Origin: an uncultured Candidatus Sumerlaeota bacterium
GTDB lineage: Bacteria > Sumerlaeota > Sumerlaeia > MWCT01 > JAUWMI01
Reading direction: 5' to 3'
Length of the DNA stretch: 64,000 bases
Assembly (NCBI GenBank): GCA_964454265.1
Contig: CAYVXD010000001.1
Location: 13,136-77,135 of the forward strand
Part shown: one piece after another, positions 33,535 to 42,809 of the stretch
Layout: each line of letters starts with the position of its first letter
Numbering within the stretch: position 1 is the first letter of the stretch
Notes under the pieces: model-generated
What the model saw: the letters and a program-made list of their open reading frames with translations, nothing else
The model's database searches: none
Told to the model about the DNA's origin: nothing
Program-made: the position numbers and the translations under genes

Positions 33535-34557
33535 ATGGACATTGCCAATACAATTCTCGATACGACTGCCAATACCCCACTGGTACGGCTCAATCGCGTT
33601 AACGCAAACGTCGGGACAGAGATACTGGCTAAGATTGAATACTTCAGTCCAAGTGGAAGTGTTAAGGATCGCATCCTGCGGCACATCGTGGACGAAGCAG
33701 AAGGCACTGGGCAGCTGAAACCGGGGATGATTTTGATCGAAGCCACCACAGGTAACGCAGGGATTTCTACCGCCATGATCGCTGCAGTTAAAGGATATCA
33801 GGCAGTCATCTGTATGCCCGGCGGCATGAGTGAAGAGCGCAAGAAGATCATTCGCGCTTATGGTGCTACGATTGTTGAGACACCCGGAGGGGAGAGCGAC
33901 GTTGATCTCGTGATGAAGAAAGTCCGTGAAATTATGGCTGAAGCGCCAGGCCGCTACTGGGAAGTCGGCCAATTCACCAATCCGAATAACTGGCAGGCAC
34001 ATTATCACACCACAGGGCCGGAAATCTGGCGCCAGACCGGTGGACAGATTGATGCCTTCATAGCCGCCCAGGGAACCGGTGGTACGATAACCGGCGTAGC
34101 AAAGTATTTTCGCGAACAGAAGGCGCAGACGAAGTTCTATGCGATTGAGCCAGCCGAATGTCCTCTCCTGACTAAAAGCCAATGGGGATCGCATAAGATC
34201 GAGGGGATCGGCGATGGATTCATCCCTGAAACGCTCGATGTCAGCCTGCTGGATGGTGTGGTCACGACCACGAGCGAGGAAGCGATTAACATGGCCCGGC
34301 GGCTGGCGCGCGAAGAGGGGATTTTCTGTGGTATCTCGTCCGGGTGCAGCGTGGTTGGCGCGCTCAAGCTCGCCAGGCTTCATCCAGAGTACCGCCGTAT
34401 TGTTACGATGATCTGGGATAATGGGTTGCGCTATTTTTCAACGGAATTATGCGGTGAGCAGAAACAGCTCGATTCTCCAGAGCGGGAACACCCCATGGAC
34501 GCGCGTACGCAAGCATTGCTGAAAAAGTACCGGAGCCACTGGGAGGTGATCGAGTAG
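33535..34557 (+). CDS. Cysteine synthase-family (CysK/CysM-like) PLP-dependent enzyme
   Basis: PLVRLNRV...SGSVKDR (PLP lysine), TTGNAGIS, and a Gly-rich loop GTGGTITG. Confidence 0.75.
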   Translation: MDIANTILDTTANTPLVRLNRVNANVGTEILAKIEYFSPSGSVKDRILRHIVDEAEGTGQLKPGMILIEATTGNAGISTAMIAAVKGYQAVICMPGGMSEERKKIIRAYGATIVETPGGESDVDLVMKKVREIMAEAPGRYWEVGQFTNPNNWQAHYHTTGPEIWRQTGGQIDAFIAAQGTGGTITGVAKYFREQKAQTKFYAIEPAECPLLTKSQWGSHKIEGIGDGFIPETLDVSLLDGVVTTTSEEAINMARRLAREEGIFCGISSGCSVVGALKLARLHPEYRRIVTMIWDNGLRYFSTELCGEQKQLDSPEREHPMDARTQALLKKYRSHWEVIE

Positions 34558-35790
34558 GTGGAGACAGGTGGAATAAACCCAGCGATGATCCGCGAAAAGG
34601 CCGAGGCGTACCGCGAGGCGATGACCGGCTTTCTGCGCGAGCTCATTGCGATCCCCTCGCCAAGCGGCCAGGAAAAGCGAGTCATAGAGCGCGTGCGGCA
34701 GGAAATGCAACAGGCCGGCTTTGATGAAATTCTCATTGACGATTTCGGTACTATTGCCGGCCGCCTGGGGTCGCGTGGCCCCCACATCGTATTTGATAGC
34801 CACCTCGACACTGTCGGTGTCTCAGACCCCACCGCATGGGATTTCGATCCGTATAAGGGTAAGATCGAGCGCGATGCCGTGTGGGGAAGAGGCGCTGCTG
34901 ACAACAAAGCCGCTGCCGCAGCGCATCTTTACGCCGCCAAGATAATCAAGGAAATAGCCCGGACCCAGGAGCTGCCCTTCACACTGTTCGTCGTCGGCTC
35001 GGTGCAGGAAGAGGATTGCGATGGGCTTGCTCTGGGCCACCTGATCACTCAGACACTGAAGCGGGTGGATTGTGTGGTGCTGGGTGAATGCACTAACTGT
35101 CAGATTTATCGTGGACATCGTGGCCGTGCAGAACTACTGATCCAGACACGAGGTGTTGCATGTCATGCCAGCAATCCCGACCGTGGTGAAAACGCCATTT
35201 ACAAAATGGCTCCGCTGATTCGTGAACTAGAGCAATTGAATGCGGAACTTGGTACCGATCCCTTTCTAGGCAAAGGCAGCATTGCGGTAACCAAGATTGA
35301 GTGCGACACGGATTCTCTGAACTGTGTTCCTTCGGCTTGCCGTATCTTTGCAGATCGTCGCCTCACGCGCGACGACAGTAGGGGAGAGGTGATTGGACAA
35401 CTCAGGCGGCTACCTTCGGCTTCACAAGCGCACATTAGCATTCTGCGGCGTGCAATGACATCCTGGACCGGTAAGAATCTCGAGAAGGATCAGTACTTTC
35501 CGGCATGGGCGCTTGAGGAATCTCATGAGCTTGTTCAACAAGCTCGCAAGTCCTACGAAGGGCTTTTTGGCGAAGCTCCCCGCATTGGGAAATGGACGTT
35601 CAGTACGAATGGGGTGGCCACGATGGGCGAACTCGGCATCCCAACGATAGGATTTGGGCCCGGAGAAGAGCAGTTCAGTCACAGTACTCAGGATCATGTC
35701 CCAATTGATCATCTGACCCGAGCCGCAGCCTTTTACGCGGCATTTCCGTTCGTTTACTCGGGTGCCATTACTTACGGGTCAGAGAAATAA
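34558..35790 (+). CDS. M20-family metallohydrolase (YgeY / ArgE / DapE-like)
   Basis: M20 metal-binding motifs (HLDTV, GAADNK, EEDCDG) and a length of about 410 aa. Confidence 0.65.
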   Translation: METGGINPAMIREKAEAYREAMTGFLRELIAIPSPSGQEKRVIERVRQEMQQAGFDEILIDDFGTIAGRLGSRGPHIVFDSHLDTVGVSDPTAWDFDPYKGKIERDAVWGRGAADNKAAAAAHLYAAKIIKEIARTQELPFTLFVVGSVQEEDCDGLALGHLITQTLKRVDCVVLGECTNCQIYRGHRGRAELLIQTRGVACHASNPDRGENAIYKMAPLIRELEQLNAELGTDPFLGKGSIAVTKIECDTDSLNCVPSACRIFADRRLTRDDSRGEVIGQLRRLPSASQAHISILRRAMTSWTGKNLEKDQYFPAWALEESHELVQQARKSYEGLFGEAPRIGKWTFSTNGVATMGELGIPTIGFGPGEEQFSHSTQDHVPIDHLTRAAAFYAAFPFVYSGAITYGSEK

Positions 35791-35831
35791 AGATAATCAG
35801 GCCACAGCAAATTGTGAGATAGGGATTATAT

Positions 35832-36836
35832 ATGAACCAGGGATTAAAAGGTCGTGACTATATTACTACGCAGGAATGGACGCTCCAGGAGATGGAAGTT
35901 GCTTTAAGCCTGGCTACAGAGCTCAAGCAGATGAAGCGCCGAGGCATACCGCATCGTTATCTTGAGGGCAAGACGCTTTTCATGTTTTTTTTCGACAAGT
36001 CCACGCGAACGCGCAACTCATTCGAAGCGGGCATGACGCAACTCGGCGGCCACGCTCACTATATTGACGCAGAAACTTCCCAGATCGCGCATGGGGAGAG
36101 TCCAAAAGACACCGGCATCATTATGTCGCGTTACGGCCACGGTATTGCCATCCGTCATGATTTAGTCCCCGGTGAGGGGAATGCGTATATCCGCGAAGTC
36201 GCACGATGGGCCGACGTTCCGGTCTTGAACATGCAGTGTGATGTGGATCATCCCTGCCAGACTCTTGCTGATCTAATGACCCTACGCGAACAGCTCGGGC
36301 ACGATCTGCGTGACGTAAAAATTGCAGTTTCTTGGGCTTACGCGCCAAGCTACGCCAAGCCTCTCTCCGTGCCTCAGGGCCTAATCTTGCTACTGACTCG
36401 CTATGGCATGCATGTCACCCTGGCACATCCGCCTGAGTACAGTCTCATGCCTGAGATTGTCGAGCAGGCACGGCAGAATGCGCAGGCGAGTGGTGCGAAA
36501 TTCGAGATTGTTGACTCCATGGACGAGGCGTTTCGCAATGCAGCAGTGGTTTACCCCAAATCTTGGGGTGTGCTGGAGCTTTTCGGCCAGCCTGAGGAAT
36601 CGCTCAAATTGGCCCGGCAATATCAACACTGGATTTGTGACGAGCGGCGAATGGGTTTGACTGCTTCTATTAAGCATGCGTCAACAACTAGGTCATCGCT
36701 TTATATGCATTGTTTGCCCGCAGATCGTGGCCATGAAGTAACCGATTCAGTAATTGATGGCCCACACTCTGTGGTCTATGATCAGGCAGAAAACCGGCTC
36801 CATACGTGCAAGGCCTTAATGGCTCTGACAATGTGA
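35832..36836 (+). CDS. Aspartate/ornithine carbamoyltransferase-family protein, YgeW-like (substrate unknown)
   Basis: STRTR carbamoyl-phosphate motif, HPCQ and HCLP. The ornithine-binding DxxSMG region of true OTCs is absent. Confidence 0.55.
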   Translation: MNQGLKGRDYITTQEWTLQEMEVALSLATELKQMKRRGIPHRYLEGKTLFMFFFDKSTRTRNSFEAGMTQLGGHAHYIDAETSQIAHGESPKDTGIIMSRYGHGIAIRHDLVPGEGNAYIREVARWADVPVLNMQCDVDHPCQTLADLMTLREQLGHDLRDVKIAVSWAYAPSYAKPLSVPQGLILLLTRYGMHVTLAHPPEYSLMPEIVEQARQNAQASGAKFEIVDSMDEAFRNAAVVYPKSWGVLELFGQPEESLKLARQYQHWICDERRMGLTASIKHASTTRSSLYMHCLPADRGHEVTDSVIDGPHSVVYDQAENRLHTCKALMALTM

Positions 36837-36871
36837 ACGCCGGATAGTTCAAGGCGCGCTGGTGTTCTATA

Positions 36872-37675
36872 ATGCAGCAAGCAAAATTCTTCGAGAAGGT
36901 ACTTGATCTAATCCGGGCTGGCAAGCGTGGCGCTGTTGTAACAATTATCTCAACTGAAGGTTCAACGCCGCGCAAAGGGGGGGCCAAGATGCTTGTAAGC
37001 GAGGATCTCGAGCTGGTAGGAACCGTAGGTGGTGGGTGCGTCGAAGCAGAAATCATCGCCGCGGCCCGTACGTGTATGAGAAGCCAAAAGCTCGTGGTCA
37101 AGGAGTTCGATCTGACCCGGATTAACCGGGACGAAAATGATATGCTCTGTGGAGGGAGGCTGCGCGTGATGATTGAACCAATAACCCTCGACGATCAGCT
37201 CTTGATCTTTGGAGGCGGCCACGTGGCACTCGCTCTGTATCAGATTTGCCGGCTGCTCGATTTTCGCGTAACAGTCACGGATGACCGGCCGCAATTTGCA
37301 AATAAGAAGCGCTTTCCTGAAGCTGATCAGGTGTTCGCTGCACCCTACGACCAACAGTTTCAGTCGCTCTCCATCACGCCGAATACTTTCATCGTCATTG
37401 TCACCCGAGCCCACGCAGGCGATGAGATTTGTCTCAGACATGCGCTGAAATCACCTGCCTCGTATATTGGCCTCTTGGGAAGCCGCACCAAGTTTGCCCA
37501 GCTGAAAAAACGGCTGATAGATGCAGGTGTCCCACGTGCGCAGCTTAAGCGGATTCATTGCCCGATCGGGCTCGATATTGGAGCCGTTACGCCGGAAGAA
37601 ATTGCAGTAAGCATTGCCGCTGAGATTGTTCAGCATGGGGGGGCAATTCGTGCATCACGCGATAAAAAGAAATAG
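36872..37675 (+). CDS. XdhC/CoxI-family molybdenum-hydroxylase maturation protein
   Basis: Two-domain XdhC architecture (TIISTEGSTPRKGGAKM; LLIFGGGHVALAL Rossmann-like) and a length of about 265 aa. Confidence 0.6.
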   Translation: MQQAKFFEKVLDLIRAGKRGAVVTIISTEGSTPRKGGAKMLVSEDLELVGTVGGGCVEAEIIAAARTCMRSQKLVVKEFDLTRINRDENDMLCGGRLRVMIEPITLDDQLLIFGGGHVALALYQICRLLDFRVTVTDDRPQFANKKRFPEADQVFAAPYDQQFQSLSITPNTFIVIVTRAHAGDEICLRHALKSPASYIGLLGSRTKFAQLKKRLIDAGVPRAQLKRIHCPIGLDIGAVTPEEIAVSIAAEIVQHGGAIRASRDKKK

Positions 37676-37890
37676 GCATTGACTCTGCCAGAAAACTGCG
37701 GTAAAAAGTCTGATTGTATTGCTCTTCCGTAAGGGATTCGTAATGCCGAAAAGGCGTAATTCTCTGCATTTGAAATTGACTGCTTAGCAGCCAGGTGAAA
37801 GAGCAGTTTGCTCGGTTTGCTGCACTGAGCGCATGTGGGAATAATTCTGTTAAACGCACGTTGTTCTTATCCAGCAAAGGGGATGTTTCT

Positions 37891-38604
37891 GTGAAACTGC
37901 ACATTCATAATGTGATAGTAATCTGCGGTCTGCTGTGCGCCCTGAGCATTCCGGTTTGGGCTACTGATTCAGCAACAACCGCAACGTTGGAAAACGACCC
38001 GGAAGCTGTTGTCCTGTTGAAAAAACTGGAAGAGAAAAATGCGGATGTTGACACGATTATTGGACAATTCGACCAGGTAAAGCAATCCACCTTATTTCTC
38101 GAAGAGATTCAGTCACAGGGGAAATTTTATTTTCAGAAACCGGACAAGTTCCGTTGTGATTATTTGCCACCGAATGAGAGTGAGAACTTGATCGTAGGGA
38201 ATACGGCATGGCTCTACGTGCCGGAAATTAAGCAGGTGGAAAAGTACCAATTTTCTTCAGACGTAAATTCCGTGGAGCGATTAAACCGCATGCTGCTTGG
38301 CTTTGGGGTCTCCACGGCTGATGTGCTGGATGTATATCATGTGACTGTTCTCAAGGACGAGAGCTCGAAGGGCGTGACCGCACTCCGATTTACGCCTCTG
38401 AGGAAAGAACCTACTGTTGGATTCAACAAGGTCGTTATCTGGATTAATGAGAGGCATTTGTTGCCGGAAAAAATTGTTATTGATGAAGAGAGTGGTGACC
38501 AGACGATTATAACCATGACACAGATTCGTCTGAATAGAAAAATATCGGATAAGATCTTTCAGCCGGTCTTTCCTCCCGACGTCGAGATCGTCGAAATCTA
38601 TTAG
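37891..38604 (+). CDS. LolA-like outer-membrane lipoprotein carrier-family protein (GTG start)
   Basis: Signal peptide (ICGLLCALSIPVWA), then FxQ...GxFxFxKPxKFRxDY typical of the LolA/LolB fold. Confidence 0.5.
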   Translation: MKLHIHNVIVICGLLCALSIPVWATDSATTATLENDPEAVVLLKKLEEKNADVDTIIGQFDQVKQSTLFLEEIQSQGKFYFQKPDKFRCDYLPPNESENLIVGNTAWLYVPEIKQVEKYQFSSDVNSVERLNRMLLGFGVSTADVLDVYHVTVLKDESSKGVTALRFTPLRKEPTVGFNKVVIWINERHLLPEKIVIDEESGDQTIITMTQIRLNRKISDKIFQPVFPPDVEIVEIY

Positions 38605-38621
38605 GAGCGGATACTGCATTT

Positions 38622-39161
38622 ATGAAATCCTGGCTCTACTGCCTAAGGTGTGTTCTGGCGCTCTCGCTGGTACTGCTCGTCGCATGTACATCGGTTCCCC
38701 TGGAGAGAACGCTTCCTGAGGCCATAACGGCCATTGACGTGCCCATGTTTAAGAACTTAACCTACGAGCCAGGGATTGAGGAACTCATAACCAACTACAC
38801 GATAGAAAGTTTCCTGGCCGATGGTAGGCTGACCGTGGTTCAGAAAGGTGTGGCTGATGCGCGTGTGGAAGGAGCCGTCACCGCGTACACCGTGAGTGTT
38901 TCAAGCTTTGCTAGCGATGACTTTCCCATGATCAGCACTGCCGAGGCAACGGCAAAGGTGACAGTCTGGCAGCCTCAAAAGCCCGAGGCTCCCATCGCGG
39001 AATTCTCTGATATTCACGCATCTATTCCCTATGTTGCCGATCCTCGTTCCACCGTCTACGAGAATGTTGTCGAAGTGAAAAAACGCCTCTTCAGAACCCT
39101 GGCCTCTAATATCGTCACGATGGTGATGACAGGTCCGTATCCGTCTGAGGCGGAAAAGTGA
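38622..39161 (+). CDS. Small lipoprotein, possibly LptE-like
   Basis: Lipobox LLVAC and a size of about 180 aa. It sits adjacent to the LolA-like gene. The LptE assignment is tentative. Confidence 0.3.
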   Translation: MKSWLYCLRCVLALSLVLLVACTSVPLERTLPEAITAIDVPMFKNLTYEPGIEELITNYTIESFLADGRLTVVQKGVADARVEGAVTAYTVSVSSFASDDFPMISTAEATAKVTVWQPQKPEAPIAEFSDIHASIPYVADPRSTVYENVVEVKKRLFRTLASNIVTMVMTGPYPSEAEK

Positions 39162-39235
39162 TATAATCACCCCGGCTTGCAGGTTTGCTGCAAAGGCCAT
39201 TACGCCACAGAATTGCGCGGCACGGTAGATATCCC

Positions 39236-41245
39236 ATGCTTTTCGAACGGATTAAAAGCAACCGGCTTATCATCCTCTCGGTCGTTGTCTTCATTGTGAC
39301 CGGTGTGCTGATCTTGCTTCAGCTTGATCGGCAGTACTACCAGGTCAAGAAAAAACAAATTATTGTGGATAATTGGGAAAAATTCTTCCCCGTAGATCGC
39401 GAGGATCTGACCAGGGAATCCCGAGCAGTGATCTTGGCGACCGACCCGCGGTCTCAGGATCTGGCACGGCGGCCTCTCCGCCAGACATTCGAGGATATTG
39501 CTCATGGGCCGACCAGCGCCTACCGGATGGCCTTGCTCGACAAGAACAGTGAAGTTTTGCTAGAAGTAAAACAGGATAAGATTCGGCGCTATAATAACGC
39601 CAGAAATTCCCTGTTCCTGCGAGAGTTCTCAGGCGAAACCAGCCTTTTGATCTCCGATATTACCAGACACGTTATCGGCAAAGTCGTTGTGTCTTATACC
39701 ACACCGCTTGACAATCAGGAAATTATTGATCTCACCGCACGGTATAAATTCTATGCTCTCCTGATCATGGTGGGACTCATTATCATCTACGCCGCACTTC
39801 TAAAATTTTTGCTACTGCCAGTCAAACGGGTTATGGGACGCCTGGATTACGCCCTCAAGGCCTCGCCAGAAATTATTAAGCGCCCACGCTCGCGGCTCGA
39901 ACGCGTGTATAACAACCTGGCTCGAGATGCCCTGCTCACCGCTGCCAATCAACATATCAAGGGTTTCATTTCAACCAGCGCCACGCTGGATACCGCTGTC
40001 ATCCTGGCTCAGCTCCCAGCATTCATTCTCCGCCTATTCCGCTACGCAGGCATCTGGGTGTTTGAATTCAAGCGAGATCCCGAGAATCGCTATATCTTGG
40101 TCCATTCGTTTTCGGAAGGCGGGAAGGTTGCCCATAGTCTCACCCCGCGCGTGAAGGAAATTCTTGAGGAAACGCTCCGCACTACTTCCTCGGTTATGCT
40201 TGCGAGCAAGCTTGAGAAGGTAGTCATTCAGTGCCAGGATGGCGGCAAGCCATATTGCCTTTTTATTGATCTGATCAATGAGCGTGAGGAGTACGCTCTT
40301 GTGGACATCATAGCCATTCTGGCTGACGGTGTACCCGGTCGCGTGCCGGATAAGTGGCGGCTGGAGACGTTGGGCTTGCTTTGCGAGCAGGTCAAAACCG
40401 GCATCAAGACAATCGAGATGCAGCGCCAGATGATATTTCGCGAAAAGAGCGAGGCTAATATCAATCTGTCCCGTAATCTGGGCCACGATCTGACGAACAT
40501 TATTGCCACGAGCAAACTGGATTTGTTAACCGTGCGGGACTTTCTATCGCAGTCAGACCTCCCACCAGCGACTCAGGCCCAGGGCGTTCGGATCTTTCAG
40601 GAAGCACTACAGGACCTGCTCAATAATACTAAATTTCTTCAGGAACTTGTTGACATCTACCGCTCATTCAGTTTTATCAAGCGTCCTCGCTTTGAAGAGG
40701 TTAACCTGCACGATTTGCTTGACGACATCATTCGCGTGTTTCAACTCTCGATCTCGAGAAACATCACAGTTGAAATACGACCCCATCCCCAGCTGCCCCA
40801 CTGCCGCATCGAGCAACGTCTTGTGAAGCTCGCCATTTTCAACCTCCTGAGCAATGCCGTGGATGCAATAAAGCGGAAAGTTTCGACAGAGAGCCTGAGC
40901 GGCAACATTGTGATAACGACGAACTATCTTGAGGAATCTGATGAGCTTTCTATTTCCATCAGAGATACTGGAGATGGTATCCGCGACGACAAGGGCGAGC
41001 TCGCCTCACCCATCGAAATTGACAAAATTTTCTACATGGGCTATTCGACCAAGCGGAATGAAGAAGGAGAGGGCCTTGGGCTGAATTGGGTCTGGACGAT
41101 TATCAGCGAATTCCACAAAGGTCGCGTTATTGCGCGGAATTGCCCCGACGGAGGTGCGGAATTCACTATCTACCTTCGGCGCCAGATAGATCTGCAAGAA
41201 GAGCAAAAGCCAACCCAGGACGTATCAGGAAAGTCTAAGAAATAG
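39236..41245 (+). CDS. Sensor histidine kinase (two TM segments, HisKA-HATPase core)
   Basis: H-box LGHDLTNII, an N-box region and the G1/G2 motifs (DTGDGI..., GEGLGLNW). Confidence 0.8.
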   Translation: MLFERIKSNRLIILSVVVFIVTGVLILLQLDRQYYQVKKKQIIVDNWEKFFPVDREDLTRESRAVILATDPRSQDLARRPLRQTFEDIAHGPTSAYRMALLDKNSEVLLEVKQDKIRRYNNARNSLFLREFSGETSLLISDITRHVIGKVVVSYTTPLDNQEIIDLTARYKFYALLIMVGLIIIYAALLKFLLLPVKRVMGRLDYALKASPEIIKRPRSRLERVYNNLARDALLTAANQHIKGFISTSATLDTAVILAQLPAFILRLFRYAGIWVFEFKRDPENRYILVHSFSEGGKVAHSLTPRVKEILEETLRTTSSVMLASKLEKVVIQCQDGGKPYCLFIDLINEREEYALVDIIAILADGVPGRVPDKWRLETLGLLCEQVKTGIKTIEMQRQMIFREKSEANINLSRNLGHDLTNIIATSKLDLLTVRDFLSQSDLPPATQAQGVRIFQEALQDLLNNTKFLQELVDIYRSFSFIKRPRFEEVNLHDLLDDIIRVFQLSISRNITVEIRPHPQLPHCRIEQRLVKLAIFNLLSNAVDAIKRKVSTESLSGNIVITTNYLEESDELSISIRDTGDGIRDDKGELASPIEIDKIFYMGYSTKRNEEGEGLGLNWVWTIISEFHKGRVIARNCPDGGAEFTIYLRRQIDLQEEQKPTQDVSGKSKK

Positions 41246-41396
41246 GAGAGTCTTCGGGAGAGACAAATGGGGCGTTACGAAGTAGGGCTGATTGAAAAGC
41301 GTACAATGGCAGCGAGCGAAGCGGCCACCCGTAGCATGGAGAGTAACATGCCTTGCGCAGCATGGAATTGTTTAAAAGAAATGGAGAGGTATTTGC

Positions 41397-42683
41397 ATGG
41401 CGTCAAAAATTAAAGTCCTAATTGTTGATGACAATAAGAGCTATCGTGATGCGTTCAGGCGAAATCTCTCAATGCATAACTATGAGATTTGTGAGGCGGA
41501 AAATGCAGACGAGGCACTTCAGGTATTAAAAGAAGAGAGTCCTGACGTCATGGTTACTGATTTGCGCATGCGTACTCGTACGGAAGGGCTAGACCTGATC
41601 AAGCAGGCGCGCGATCTGTCGCCGATGCTTCCCGTGGTCATGATTTCCGCAGTCGGCACATTCGAAGAAGGGGCAATTGCCACAAAGCTGGGTGCCGCTG
41701 ACGTAATCAGCAAAAGCCGGATCGAAGAGGAAATCGTACAACTTTATCGCAGTATTGACACCGCACACGAAGAGTACAAGGCGAACATGGGATTGCTGAA
41801 AACCATTGAGGAAGCGCGCAAGGTGGCTGGTGAATCTGACGCAGCAGATTTCTCTTCAAAGCTGAAGGCTATCTTACAGCAGGACGATGTTGATCCGTAC
41901 GTAAAGGGTGAGGCGTACGACGCGCTTCTGAGTTTGGATGCATTTGGCATTCGTGAGGCGTCACACGACCAGCTGGCGAGGATGGTGGCGGAGGCCGCCG
42001 ACGAGTCAGCCTTGTTCAAAGCGATTGACGAGGAGCTGCAAACTCTGGTGCCGGTAATCGAGAGTTTTGAGCCGGATTCGCGGGAAGCGCTTCGCACTGC
42101 AGAATACTTCTATCGTAAGCACCAAAAAGGAATTACTGAGGTGGACTTCTCACGCAACATCGGCTTCTCCTATTGCTTCGCGGTGGAAAACGAAGCCAAA
42201 GCCCGTCTGCGCAAAAAGCTTGCCCGCTTTCTCGGCTCGCGCAACACCTACGACACGGTTAACCAGATGCTCGAACCCAGGACGCGACATCTCAATCTCT
42301 TCTTTCATCAGTATTTGTTACGTCTCCAACAGGGCCGCGAATTTGATTTTACAATTGATAATGTTAAGCAGACGTTTCATCGCATCTTGGAACATGAAAA
42401 CCGCTACAAACCCGACGGATTGAAGGCCCTGGGTATCATCATCATCTGCTTTGGCCGGGATTACGAGTTCAAGACGCCCCATGGCAAGGTCGCTGTTAGC
42501 AATCCGCTCAATCTCAAAGGCCTGAAGGACGAAGATGAAGTTCTCACGTTTGCCCAGCTTCTGGTCAGTCTGCAACACTCACGCAATCCTTATATTCATC
42601 CTGAAATCAGTGAAATGCAGAAGGTATCAAAGTTGCGCGATACCACCATGAAATGTCTTCAATATATTTGCCAGCTTGTATGA
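41397..42683 (+). CDS. Response regulator with an uncharacterised roughly 300-aa C-terminal output domain
   Basis: REC domain (VLIVDDN ... VMVTDLRMRT ... VVMISA with an implied K). No HTH, AAA+, GGDEF or HD-GYP motif is recognisable in the C-terminal part. The sequence ends with RNPYIH (Rx4H). Confidence 0.7.
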   Translation: MASKIKVLIVDDNKSYRDAFRRNLSMHNYEICEAENADEALQVLKEESPDVMVTDLRMRTRTEGLDLIKQARDLSPMLPVVMISAVGTFEEGAIATKLGAADVISKSRIEEEIVQLYRSIDTAHEEYKANMGLLKTIEEARKVAGESDAADFSSKLKAILQQDDVDPYVKGEAYDALLSLDAFGIREASHDQLARMVAEAADESALFKAIDEELQTLVPVIESFEPDSREALRTAEYFYRKHQKGITEVDFSRNIGFSYCFAVENEAKARLRKKLARFLGSRNTYDTVNQMLEPRTRHLNLFFHQYLLRLQQGREFDFTIDNVKQTFHRILEHENRYKPDGLKALGIIIICFGRDYEFKTPHGKVAVSNPLNLKGLKDEDEVLTFAQLLVSLQHSRNPYIHPEISEMQKVSKLRDTTMKCLQYICQLV

Positions 42684-42749
42684 TTACGAAGAGTTGGTAA
42701 GGCAGGAGAATAGAATCTACGCGTAATAATGGCGCGAATAGCTGCTCGC

Positions 42750-42797
42750 AGCGGTTTTCCATATCTGTACTAGGTCGGAAGCCGCTTTGTTTTTTTG
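42750..42797 (+). terminator. Intrinsic terminator after the response-regulator gene
   Basis: AGCGG..TTCC / GGAAGCCGCT stem followed by TTGTTTTTTT. Confidence 0.45.
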
Positions 42798-42809
42798 TAC
42801 AGTGCAAAC

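Noticed and set aside
33356-34383. ORFs 33356..33718 (+) and 33427..34383 (-), which both translate a GAGFKPAP / GAGLKPAP peptide
   Set aside because: The shared peptide is an artefact of translating the REP-like palindrome on both strands. The minus ORF is antisense to the CysK-like gene.
41335-41352. Possible sigma-54 promoter (TGGAGA-N-ATGCC, GG-N10-GC spacing) upstream of the response-regulator gene
   Set aside because: Only the GG/GC dinucleotides and spacing match. The flanking bases do not fit TGGCAC-N5-TTGCW, and the regulator has no AAA+ sigma-54 activator partner nearby. Too weak.
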